From the human T2T-CHM13v2.0 reference genome, Homo sapiens: a stretch of 64,000 nt of DNA. The translations under genes were made by a program, and so were the position numbers. The stretch lies in NCBI RefSeq assembly GCF_009914755.1, contig NC_060932.1; one strand, 5' to 3'. Every line of letters begins with the position of its first letter. Within the stretch, counting starts at the first letter, position 1. Positions 38,052-53,750 of this stretch are shown piece after piece. The notes under the pieces are model-generated. The model was given only the letters and a program-made list of their open reading frames with translations, was not told the DNA's origin and made no database searches.

Positions 38052-40650
38052 TGCCATCCACAAATGTTTCCTGAGCAGAATCTGGTTGGAAGTGGAATGG
38101 GCTGTAATACCAATATCGTAATATTCACCTTCTCCTTCATTTTTTTTACTAGAAAAAAGCACGTTCACAATTGTGAAGCATGAAAATAGGAACATTTTGT
38201 TAAAATAAGATTGGCCACTTTATAATAGCTTCTTATGAAGAAACAAAGCTTATGTTTTATGAAGCTTATGAAGAAACAAAGCTTCAGTGTAGAGTCAGAC
38301 GAGTGTAAATGGGAGAGGAGAGAACGCACATGCTGGGCTGAGAAAGTGGTGACTTTATCCTCCCTAATGATTTATGGAGCCACGTGGAGCGTTAAGTGCT
38401 GAGAATTTAAGAGAATGAATGAAAAGCATAGTCCGCCCAGCCCCTCCCCTCCAGAGGCAGGAGCATGGTCACCGGCGCCAGGACTGAACAGCACGTGGCA
38501 GCCGGGTTCTGATGGAAGAGGGAAGGGAAGGAGGGACAGACGCTGTGGGGGTTTTAGGAGGAAGCTTCGCGCTGTCTGTGGGAGCTAGAGGTGGATAATG
38601 ACAGCACAGTCATTGCCACGGTCCTGCCGTGTACCCTGTGCCCTCCGGAGCCTCTGCGTGTCCTCTCTAGTTCCTCACGGGAGCCCACGCAGCAGGACCT
38701 GCTGCCCAGCCTTGCTGACCAGGGCTCCAGTGCTCAGCCCTGTCATCAGAGGCCCACAGTGGCTATGTTGCTGAGCTGAGATCCTAACGTGGGCCTCGCT
38801 CAGTCCCACGGCAACACGGTCTCCAGTCACTTTCCTTCCTTTTTTTCTAGACAAATAGAACGTTGCAGGCAGAAGGACGGAGTGCGCAGAGAGACAGGGT
38901 CTCGAAACTGAAACGGCAACGTGAGCAGTATGTCTCCTGCTCACCTTCTTCCCGCCATCCCCTAGGCTGCTTTGGATGAGCCACATGTGCCCACCCTCTC
39001 CCCACCATCCCCCAGACTGCTTCCGATGAGCCACGTGTGCACACAGGGCCTGGCATTTGAGGGCAGAGATGTTGCATAGTGAGGTGCTTGCTCTGGAGGC
39101 CTCTTGTGTGAAGAGACATGAGACTGTTGATGGGCTGAATGTCCTCATCCCTAGACAATGACAGTGAACGGAGTTTTTATTAAGGTCACAGTATATTTTG
39201 ATATTTGAGCACCTATGATGTGCAAGTCACCAGAGCCACACTCTAGTAAGTGATAGAGTGAGGATGTAAAGATACAGATGTGGTTTAAAGACTCTTCTCA
39301 ACCTCTGAGCTCAGCTACCTCTCAGGTCCCATTATTCTAGAAAGCAGAAATGTGAGATTTTACTCCTCTTCATTTTAAGAAGAAAAAAAGGAAGTCTGTT
39401 AAAGTAAGGGGAGAAAAGACCCTGATACAACTTCCACCAAATATAAAACAGACATAGCCCTAAATTGTGGTATAAATCGGGTATCTATTTTGAGTTCAAG
39501 TTCTCCTTTAGCATACTTTTAAATTCAGGGTGTTACAGTTTATTGAATTTAACATTAAAATGGACTCACGTGGGAAATGGAGTCAATATTTTATACATTG
39601 AATTTTGCGTTACGTTTCAAAAGTGAATGTAAATATACAGGTGTAAAACCAGCTGGATGGCACACAGGCACTCCGCTGCGAGTGCACGGCCCACCCTGCC
39701 CGAATGCAGAGAAACACTAGAAGCTCTTGAGCCAGCAGAGAGAAAACCCAGAGAGTCTGAGTGGAATCTGTTAGCCGTGCAAATGTTACACAATGCACAT
39801 TTGCTATGACACAAATCTAAGACTAAAGGGGGAAAACGGCAGAAATTTTAGAAGACTCATGGGCTCTCCTGAATAAAAATCCTGCTGAACTAGTGACCGG
39901 CTGAGCGTGGATTGTCGGGTGAGCCGCCCTCTGGGTCCTGAAGGGCCCTTGGTGTCTCTTTACAGAGAAGCAACCCCGACATTGGTGGAGGCAAGCGCTC
40001 GTGGCAGATGAACCTGCAGATGAGGCTGGGCACTGCCCAGCTTATGAGGACAAATGGCTCTTTTTATATTCCAGCAACCACGGAACTCTCTGGAGTGCCC
40101 AGGGCTGTTTTAGGACATCCTAAACTGCTACTTTCATGCCAAGTTTGGAGGACTGTCTTCTGAAATATCTTTTATAAAAACAAATTTAATGCAAAAGCAC
40201 GTAAGTCTACATGAAACCCTCCCAGCACGGGTTTTCCAGCCAAATGGTAGGGGCATACATAGAAAAATGAAACATTTGTGGTTGTGTTTTCAAGGCAGAA
40301 AAGATGCTGAAGGGAAAAGTCTATGTTCGAAACATAATCCCAGAATAAAAAGCTCCAAGAAATGCAGTTTTGAGGAAGTATTATCTAAACAAAGAGATGT
40401 ATTAATATAATTGATGTGCAATATTTATTCAATGTTAATCTTTTCATTAAAATGCATCCTGAGTTTTCATAAATTCTGGCAGATTTAATTATGTATATAC
40501 TGCTTATCGTTGTATTTTAAAATTGCATAAAATTACGTTACTTATGTCTGTGCTTCTTAAATAATAGAAATGTCTTCACGCCCCTACTTTTGTTAATTGT
40601 TCACTGTTTCTGAGAGCGATCAACCTAAGGCCCCATTTAAAGTAGAACTT

Positions 40651-41253
<603 letters not shown>

Positions 41254-41355
41254 AGCGTGACCAGTTTCTAAGGGGAACTGTGCACACAGACCCAGAGGGC
41301 ACCTTACTAAACTCAGGAGCAACAGAGTGAGCATGTGTCTCCTCTGACCTGGCTA

Positions 41356-41995
41356 GGAGACAGATCCAGGCATAGACCCTCTGGGCTGCTGTGGGTTCAG
41401 CCACTGGAGGAGGAGATGGATCCAGTCATAGACCTGCCAGGCTGCTGATGGGTTCAGCCACTGGGGGAGATGGATCCAGGCATAGACCCGCCAAGCTGCT
41501 GTGGGTTCAGCCACTGGAGGAGACGGATCCGGGCATAGACCCGCCAGGCTGCTGTGGGTTCAGCCACTGGAGGAGACGGATCCGGGCATAGACCCGCCAG
41601 GCTGCTGGGGGTTCAGCCACTGGGGGAGACGGATCCGGGCATAGACCCGCCAGGCTGCTGTGGGTTCAGCCACTGGGGGAGACGGATCCGGGCATAGACC
41701 CGCCAGGCTGCTGTGGGTTCAGCCACTGGGGGAGACGGATCGGGGCATAGACCCGCCAGGCTGATGTGGGTTCAGCCACTGGAGGAGACGGATCCGGGCA
41801 TAGACCCGCCAGGCTGCTGTGGGTTCATCCACTGGAGGAGACGGATCCGGGCATAGACCCGCCAGGCTGCTGTGGGTTCAGCCACTGGAGGAGACGGATC
41901 CGGGCATAGACCCACCAGGCTGCTGGGGGTTCAGCCACTGGGGGAGACGGATCCAGGCATAGACCCTCTAGGCTGCTGTGGGTTCAGCCACTGGG
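41356..41995. repeat. Minisatellite, 53-bp unit, about 12 copies
   Basis: agacggatccgggcatagacccgccaggctgctgtgggttcagccactggagg; period 53 (41521 to 41574). Confidence 0.96.
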
Positions 41996-42349
41996 ATTGT
42001 CCTGTAAACCACAGGATCCTGAGTCTAGCTATTTGTATGACATAAATTTGCTTACATCTTTTACCGTAAACACGAGTTCTGAAAGCAAGCAAAACTTATT
42101 TGCTTACGTACTTATGGAAGCTCTTGTAGTTAAGATTTTAAAATTAACTTTATCATTCTTTTAACATTTAGTGCATTTCTCTTTGTTAGACAACCCTTAG
42201 TTACATTATCATTTTAATACTGCAAATACATGGAAAGTATGTAGTTAAAAAAACATGAAAAGTTTTATGTTATGAAAGTCATAATCATTACAGAAAAACT
42301 TAGAAAACATAGATCAACATGAAAAGATATTGACATATAATCCCAGCGC

Positions 42350-42536
42350 CCAGCCTTCCCTCCACCGCCCACAGATAATCGCAGGTAACATTTGGATGTT
42401 AATACTTCCAGCCTTCCCTCCACTGCCCAGAGATAATCGCGGGTAACATTTGGATGTTAATACTTCCAGCCTTCCCTCCACTGCCCAGAGATAATCGCGG
42501 GTAACATTTGGATGTTAATACTTCCAGCCTTCCCTC
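42350..42536. repeat. 58-bp unit, about 3.2 copies, within an L1ME-like remnant
   Basis: ccagccttccctccactgcccagagataatcgcgggtaacatttggatgttaatactt at 42350, 42408 and 42466. Confidence 0.9.
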
Positions 42537-42637
42537 TAGCGGCTGTACATGGGTTTATTTCTGCCAGTTTCACTTAATGCTTCATGAATATATTCTCACA
42601 TCCCTCAGTCTTCTCCTGCAAGAGAGGGGTGGCGTGG

Positions 42638-42989
42638 TGTATTCGTCTGTTCTCACCCTGCTAATAAAGACAAACCTGAGACTGGGTAATTTATAGAGGA
42701 AAGAGGTTTAATGGACTCACAGTTCCACACGGCTGGGGAGGCCTCACGATCATGGCAGAAGGTGAATGAGCAGCAAAGTCACATCTTACATGGTGGCAGA
42801 GAAGACGGCTTGTGCAGGGGAACTGCCCTTTATAAAATCATCAAATCTAGTGAGACTTACTACCATGAGAAGAGTATGGGGGAAACTGCCCTCGTGATTC
42901 AATTATCTCCACCTGGCCCCACCCTTGACACGTGGGGATTATTACAATTCAAGATGAGATTTGGGCAGGGACACAGCCAAACCATGTCT
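42638..42989 (-). mobile_element. THE1 (THE1B/C-like) solo LTR
   Basis: tgtattcgtctgttctcac...ggacacagccaaaccatgtct; TSD cgtgg/catgg. Confidence 0.92.
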
Positions 42990-43247
42990 CATGGCTAAAA
43001 TGTTCAGGGTGAGTGACTTGGAAGTGGTACTGATAAAAAACAAAAGCCTTCATTGATTAAAAGCAATAACTTTAGCTCTATAACAAGACAGAGCTGTGAC
43101 TTAAGCTTTCTAGGACTGTCAGAAGCATGCCAATTATGAGTTTTCCAGTGTTCATGATCATTGTACTCATGCTGAATATGTGGATGGAGGAAAAAAACCA
43201 TGCTCTCCCTACACCTCCCTCTACCTTAAGCTCCAGTGCTTTTTGTC

Positions 43248-43383
43248 TCTCTCCGTTGCCCAGGCTGGAGTGCAGTGGCGCGATCATAGCTCACTACAGC
43301 CTTGAACTCCTGGCCTCAAGCGATCCTGTTGCCTTGGCCTCCCACAGCTCTGGGATTATAGGCATGAGTCACTGCACCCGTCT
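43248..43383 (-). mobile_element. FLAM/AluJ monomer
   Basis: gttgcccaggctggagtgcagtggcgcgatcatagctcactacagccttgaactcctggcctcaagcgatcc...gagtcactgcaccc. Confidence 0.8.
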
Positions 43384-43904
43384 CAATATCATCGTCTTCA
43401 ATACTATGGCTGAAATATAATTTGCTTAACCAACTCCATATTAATGGGCACTTACACGGTATTAGAGTTTTTAACTGTTAACAACACTACCAAATACTCA
43501 AATTGCTACTGAAAAGGGACATTGTGGCTTTCTTCATTTCTGGAGGTCAGTGTCTACAATATTTCCATATTTAAGGCCTTCCCTAACCTTGTTTTGTTTG
43601 ATGTCTTTCATCTGCCTTCATTTGCATGGTGGGTCTTTGCATTTCTTATGGAATTTTTTAAGAGAGAAAGAGACAGTGTGCCTGATCCTTCAAAGAGCAC
43701 ACTGACAATGCTCCGTGATTCCGAGAACCCTCCCTCCACCTCCTTCTCCATCATCCCTCCTTCAGGGTCTTCTTTCCCCATTTCCAGGTTGATGGTCCCA
43801 TGATTTTGACTCAGTGTCACCATCTGCAGTCCCCTTTCTCCCCTGCTTACTCCTGTAGTAGGCATAGTAGGCATTTCATGATCATGCTTTGAGCCAGGTC
43901 ATTC

Positions 43905-44202
43905 TTTTTTTTTTTTTTTTTTTTTTTTTGAGACGTAGTTTCACTCTTGTCACTCAGGCTGGAGTGCAGTGGCGTGACCTCGGCTGACTGCAACCACCGT
44001 CTTCCAATTCAGGCAATTCTACTGCCTCCCGAGTAGCTGGGATTATAGGCGTGTGCCCCATGCCCAGCTAATTTTTGTATTTTTAGTAGAGACAGGGTTT
44101 CACCGTGTTAGCCAGAATGATCTTGATCTCTTGACCTTGTGATCCACCCACCTCGGCCTCCCAAAGTGCTGGGATTACAGGCATGAGCCACCGCGCCCAG
44201 CC
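43905..44202 (-). mobile_element. Full-length Alu abutting the L1 tail
   Basis: T-run of about 25 nt, gagacgtagtttcactc...gagccaccgcgcccagcc; TSD aggtcattc/agatcattc. Confidence 0.95.
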
Positions 44203-44211
44203 AGATCATTC

Positions 44212-47741
<3,530 letters not shown>

Positions 47742-48933
47742 CTTATGTACTCAAACAAACACTATCACCCACAAAATAATACGGCTAAATAAATTTAATA
47801 CTTCTGAGCAACTATCTTGAAGACTTTGATAGTTCTTTGCTATTGTTTTTAAATGTACTTTTTTCACTTGGAGACCCAACATTTTTGTTCTGCATTCCCG
47901 TTCCCCTCACTGCGTGCAAAAATCAATGCATGACATCAATCATTGCCCTGATCCGGCCATGGAAAGATTTGGAGAAAGCCTGGATTCTAATGTTGATCCT
48001 GACCCATAATAGCATGTCACATTTCAGATGTCTCTACAGTGGGTCAAACATGCAGCCGCTGCTGGGCCTTCAAGGAAGCAAAGTCTGTGTCCTTAGGTCA
48101 CGCAAAGTCTGGTTTAAAAGCTGACGCATGTTCTGAGAGCTGTAGGCTGTGATGGGGAGGCTCAGCACGGGTCAGGGACGGCACATCCCGGCCCCCCAGA
48201 GCAGCTCTGGGAATGCCTCGTGCCTGTCATCCCGGCCTAATGATTATTAATTCCTGTTCTCTTTCCTCTCATCTTCCCCTGATGGGGAAAGTCACTTATA
48301 TGATCACGCTGACCACACAGCACAGTTCTCAGCCCAGCTGAGCCTCCTATTGCCAGGGAGGTTTTTACACGTACCAATGAAGTCCTCACCCTGGTGATTC
48401 CGGGGTAATTGTTCTGAGACAGGGTCGGGCCATGATGGACTAAAGAGTGAAGGGTCACTGGGGCATGGGCAGGCATGCTTAGTCCAGCCCAGGCAGCTGC
48501 AGGAATTCTCTCAGAGTTGTCTTGGGGCTGGAGCTTCCAGGGGGACTCGAGTTTGACAGAGCTGGGAGTAGAGCTCAGCGTTTTGGGAAGAGCAGTGGGA
48601 CGGGACGGCACCAGCGGGCATGGACCTGGGATGTCAGAGGCTCTCACAGCCAAGCTGCTGGCTTCCAGGCACCACAGCCACTGAGTCCTGTCTGCACCCA
48701 GACCCCGTTCCTGAGCTCCAGGGTGGGCCTGGCACTCTGCATTCTGAACGGGCAATGCTGAGGCTGAGGGTCCCTGGGCCACACTTGGAAAGGTCAAGGC
48801 TTCAGCAGAAGGTGGGAGCAGGGGGTGTGCAGATGACACCAGCTGCCAGGACAAGCCTTGCTGTAAGGATGCAGGATGCGAATGGGAGAGGCACCAAGGG
48901 CCGCAGAGAAGGAGCCGTGCTGCACTGGGCTGC

Positions 48934-51397
48934 CGTGAAGACGAGGTGGGCGTCCTCGGTGGCTGCGACTGTAGCGGAGCTGTGAGGGTGAAGATGAGGT
49001 GGGCGGCCTCGGTGACTGAGGCGGAGCTGTGAGGGTGAAGACGAGGTGGGCGGCCTCGGTGGCTGAGGCGGAGCTGTGAGGGTGAAGACGAGGTGGGCGG
49101 CCTCGGTGGCTGAGGCGGAGCTGTGAGGGTGAAGACGAGGTGGGCGGCCTCGGTGGCTGAGGCGGAGCTGTGAGGGTGAAGACGAGGTGGGCGGCCTCGG
49201 TGGCTGAGGCGGAGCTGTGAGGGTGAAGACGAGGTGGGCGGCCTCGGTGGCTGAGGCGGAGCTGTGAGGGTGAAGACGAGGTGGGCGGCCTCGGTGGCTG
49301 AGGCGGAGCTGTGAGGGTGAAGACGAGGTGGGCGTCCTCGGTGGCTGAGGCGGAGCTGTGAGGGTGAAGACGAGGTGGGCGGCCTCGGTGGCTGAGGCTG
49401 AGCTGTGAGGGTGAAGACGAGGTGGGCGGCCTCGGTGGCTGAGGCGGAGCTGTGAGGGTGAAGACGAGGTGGGCGGCCTCGGTGGCTGAGGCGGAGCTGT
49501 GAGGGTGAAGACGAGGTGGGCGGCCTCGGTGGCTGTGACTGTAGCGGAGCTGTGAGGGTGAAGACGAGGTGGGCGGCCTCGGTGGCTGTGACTGTAGCGG
49601 AGCTGTGAGGGTGAAGACGAGGTGGGCGGCCTCGGTGGCTGAGGCGGAGCTGTGAGGGTGAAGACGAGGTGGGCGGCCTCGGTGGCTGAGGCGGAGCTGT
49701 GAGGGTGAAGATGAGGTGGGCGGCCTCGGTGGCTGAGGCTGAGCTGTGAGGGTGAAGACGAGGTGGGCGGCCTCGGTGGCTGTGACTGTAGCGGAGCTGT
49801 GAGGGTGAAGACGAGGTGGGCGGCCTCGGTGGCTGAGGCGGAGCTGTGAGGGTGAAGACGAGGTGGGCGGCCTCGGTGGCTGAGGCGGAGCTGTGAGGGT
49901 GAAGACGAGGTGGGCGGCCTCGGTGGCTGTGACTGTAGCGGAGCTGTGAGGGTGAAGACGAGGTGGGCGGCCTCGGTGGCTGAGGCGGAGCTGTGAGGGT
50001 GAAGACGAGGTGGGCGGCCTCGGTGGCTGTGACTGTAGCGGAGCTGTGAGGGTGAAGATGAGGTGGGCGGCCTCGGTGGCTGTGACTGTAGCGGAGCTGT
50101 GAGGGTGAAGACGAGGTGGGCGGCCTCGGTGGCTGAGGCGGAGCTGTGAGGGTGAAGACGAGGTGGGCGGCCTCGGTGGCTGAGGCGGAGCTGTGAGGGT
50201 GAAGACGAGGTGGGCGGCCTCGGTGGCTGTGACTGTAGCGGAGCTGTGAGGGTGAAGACGAGGTGGGCGGCCTCGGTGGCTGTGACTGTAGCGGAGCTGT
50301 GAGGGTGAAGACGAGGTGGGCGGCCTCGGTGGCTGAGGCGGAGCTGTGAGGGTGAAGACGAGGTGGGCGGCCTCGGTGGCTGAGGCTGAGCTGTGAGGGT
50401 GAAGACGAGGTGGGCGGCCTCGGTGGCTGAGGCGGAGCTGTGAGGGTGAAGACGAGGTGGGCGGCCTCGGTGGCTGAGGCTGAGCTGTGAGGGTGAAGAT
50501 GAGGTGGGCGGCCTCGGTGGCTGAGGCTGAGCTGTGAGGGTGAAGACGAGGTGGGCGACCTCGGTGGCTGAGGCGGAGCTGTGAGGGTGAAGACGAGGTG
50601 GGCGGCCTCGGTGGCTGAGGCTGAGCTGTGAGGGTGAAGATGAGGTGGGCGGCCTCGGTGGCTGTGGCTGAGGCTGAGCTGTGAGGGTGAAGATGAGGTG
50701 GGCGGCCCCGGTGGCTCGGGCAGAGCTGTGAGGGTGAAGACGAGGTGGGCGGCCTCGGTGGCTGAGGCGGAGCTGTGAGGGTGAAGACGAGGTGGGCGGC
50801 CTCGGTGGCTGAGGCGGAGCTGTGAGGGTGAAGACGAGGTGGGCGGCCTCGGTGACTGAGGCGGAGCTGTGAGGGTGAAGACGAGGTGGGCGGCCTCGGT
50901 GGCTGAGGCGGAGCTGTGAGGGTGAAGACGAGGTGGGCGGCCTCGGTGGCTGAGGCGGAGCTGTGAGGGTGAAGACGAGGTGGGCGGCCTCGGTGGCTGA
51001 GGCTGAGCTGTGAGGGTGAAGACGAGGTGGGCGGCCTCGGTGGCTGAGGCTGAGCTGTGAGGGTGAAGATGAGGTGGGCGGCCCCGGTGGCTCGGGCAGA
51101 GCTGTGAGGGTGAAGACGAGGTGGGCGGCCTCGGTGGCTGAGGCGGAGCTGTGAGGGTGAAGACGAGGTGGGCGGCCTCGGTGGCTGAGGCGGAGCTGTG
51201 AGGGTGAAGACGAGGTGGGCGGCCTCGGTGGCTGAGGCGGAGCTGTGAGGGTGAAGATGAGGTGGGCGGCCTCGGTGGCTGAGGCTGAGCTGTGAGGGTG
51301 AAGACGAGGTGGGTGGCCTCGGTGGCTGTGGCTGAGGCTGAGCTGTGAGGGTGAAGATGAGGTGGGCAGCCTCGGTGGCTGAGGCGGAGCTGTGAGG
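48934..51397. repeat. GC-rich VNTR, 47-bp unit with 53-bp variants, about 51 copies
   Basis: gagctgtgagggtgaagacgaggtgggcggcctcggtggctgaggcg; +6-nt variants ggctgtgactgtagcg and ggctgtggctgaggct. Confidence 0.98.
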
Positions 51398-53042
51398 ACA
51401 CATCCATAATTAAGGCACTGCGGGGCTGGCAGGACTCGCCTTTCTGTGAACCATGGCCCCAGGGCTACTTCCTCCTGCCTACCTTTTTTCCTTTCCAAAC
51501 TTTGTCTTCCCCCCCATCATTCCCACTCTGCAATTATGTGACACTGTGGTTCTAAATGGCCTATGTCCCCAGGGCCTTGGGATGAGGAGGGGGCCAAGCG
51601 ACAGGCACCGTCCTCCACGCAGCATGGCTATGTCTCTGCGCTCAACGTTCCCAAGCCTGGGAGACAGAAAAGTACTATTTGGGCAAATATTTAGAAGGTA
51701 TTTGTTCTGGTAAAGAACAAAATCATAATATTTATTTTAAAAGAGACACCGTAATAAACAGTCCTCTATGAATTGCTTAGTGAAACACTTTTTATGTTGC
51801 TTCTCTTTGTATAATTTCTCTATTTGGAAATGCATCATACCTCGTAAGGGCGCCAGTGACAAGGGAGTCCCAGGGTCACCGAATTCCAGGGCATCACTGG
51901 CTCACTTGGCAGAGCTCCTGTGGTCCCTACGGTGGTTTTAAAGTTACATGAGTAACACATATCCTACTTAGTGGATTCCCGTTCTGTGGGCCATGGGTGG
52001 GACTGGAGTCACACCTTTCCAGCATGTTCCGCCGCTGCCAGTGCTGCTGCATGCAGGCCATATTTGGAGCCTGGTTCCTCCTTCTACACCTGAAGAAGGA
52101 ACAGGCCTGTTGCAGCGTAACTAACATCCTACATAACTACACCACTAAAACTCAGCTGACTCCCCAGACTCAGTCCCTGGGGGAGGAGGCAGCCGAGGCC
52201 GGCACCCCTTTCCCTGTCCAAGTGCCTCCAGGTTGCATGCATGAGTGAGTCCTCCAGCCACCTCCTGCCAGACCTGAGGTTTGCTTGAAGCTTTATCACA
52301 TCCATCAGCCCAGCACGCTCTGAAAGGGCGCTGGTGCCAGGGTCCCTGTCCCGCCTTGATCCTTCCCTACCTCAGCACCACCCCGGTCCCATAAACCGCC
52401 TTAATCCTTCCCCACCTCAGCATCGCCTCTGGCCTCATCAAATCCGAGGTACCTGTTCCGCCTCCATCACATGTCCCCTCCTGGCTTCCCTCCGCCTCTG
52501 TTGCCGGCTCCTCTTCCCTCCCCACATCGAAAACTGAGGTCCCCAGCAGCCCCTTCTCAGCCATCACACAGCCTCATGCTGCCTCCGCCTCAGCAACTCC
52601 ATCTATGTCCAGGAGCTCCCTCCACAGTAACGACTCCCACATCTTCCTGAGGCCACAACATTCTCCCAACGTCCGGATATCCCACTAGGTAGCTGGCCCA
52701 CATTCCCTGCGATCATCACTAATGTACCCAAACCATCCTGTTCCCTCCACCAGAGCTCACGGGCTCCCACACACACGGCCCAGGCCCCACACCCTGCTCT
52801 CTTCCGTGTTATCTGTCCACCACTCCCATATCTGACTCTTAAAACGACAACAAAATCTAGTTAAGAGAACCGGAACTGCGGTTTCTGCCGATGTCCCATC
52901 CTGGGCAGCACACAACCGAGGCATCCGGATCTGAGCCATCTGTGAATTTGCCACTGGGCATGGTTGTAGCGAACACATGCATGCCAGGGCCGTGTCTTCC
53001 AGCTGTCTGTCAAGACACTGCCTCAGTTTGAGGCATAGCCCC

Positions 53043-53165
53043 GTGGCTGGATGTTCTGTGGCTGCGTGCTCTGTGGCCATGTGTTCTGTGGCTGGGTGTT
53101 CTGTGGCTGCGTGTTCTGTGGCCATGTGTTCTGTGGCTGGGTGTTCTGTGGCTGGGCGCTCTGTT
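53043..53165. repeat. 15-bp minisatellite, about 8 copies
   Basis: gtgttctgtggctg(g/c) and gtgttctgtggccat units. Confidence 0.93.
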
Positions 53166-53615
53166 GCACAGTGAAGGGCCAAGCACCCTCCACACAGGTG
53201 TGCACAGGACAGAGGTGACTGTGGGAACAGCACCGAACATCAGCCCTGAGCCGAGGCTATGCGTGCGACAGGTTCATCAGCCCCAGCTGGGGAAGGAGAA
53301 TGAGAACAAATGGAAGATGCATTCAGCACCAGTGGACATGGAATATGGTCATCTCAGGGCCGCTAGGATGCCCGATGCTTCTGAGCTTGTGGGACACTGG
53401 GCGCTCCGGGGAGAGCTGGAGGCCCAGTGGCCCGGCTTAAATTGCCAGGCAAAGGGTGGAGGCAGGACACAGGGAAGAGGAGATGGAGAATTCTGGAGGG
53501 AAACAGACCACTTAGGAGGCAGGAGATGCCGAAACATTATCAGCAAAGGCTCTGTGCGGGTTCTGCGCTGGGCAGCTGAGCTGTCGCCTCCACAGCAGCC
53601 GGGGTCAGGCTGGGT

Positions 53616-53750
53616 CAGTGGTTCTCCAGGTGTTTCCCAGACCAGCATCTCTGGGGACCCGAGCTTCTTAGAAACGCAGGTCTATGGACCCCAGCCTATG
53701 AAACCAGATTGTCTCAGGACGGTGCCCATTAAAGAGTCTCTGTTTTTGTA
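53616..53750 (+). mobile_element. MER5-like hAT fragment
   Basis: cagtggttctccaggtgt...cagaccagcatc...gagcttcttagaaacgca. Confidence 0.55.

Noticed and set aside
39614-39695. Possible minus-strand coding exon (GGPCTRSGVPVCHPAGFTPVYLHSLLK)
   Set aside because: Weak donor (AAC|gtaacg), mediocre acceptor, and a peptide I do not recognise.
48237-51498. Calling the 1056/898/869-aa ORFs a mucin-like CDS
   Set aside because: They arise from a stop-free non-triplet repeat, with no signal peptide or recognisable domain; kept only as a hypothesis under findings.
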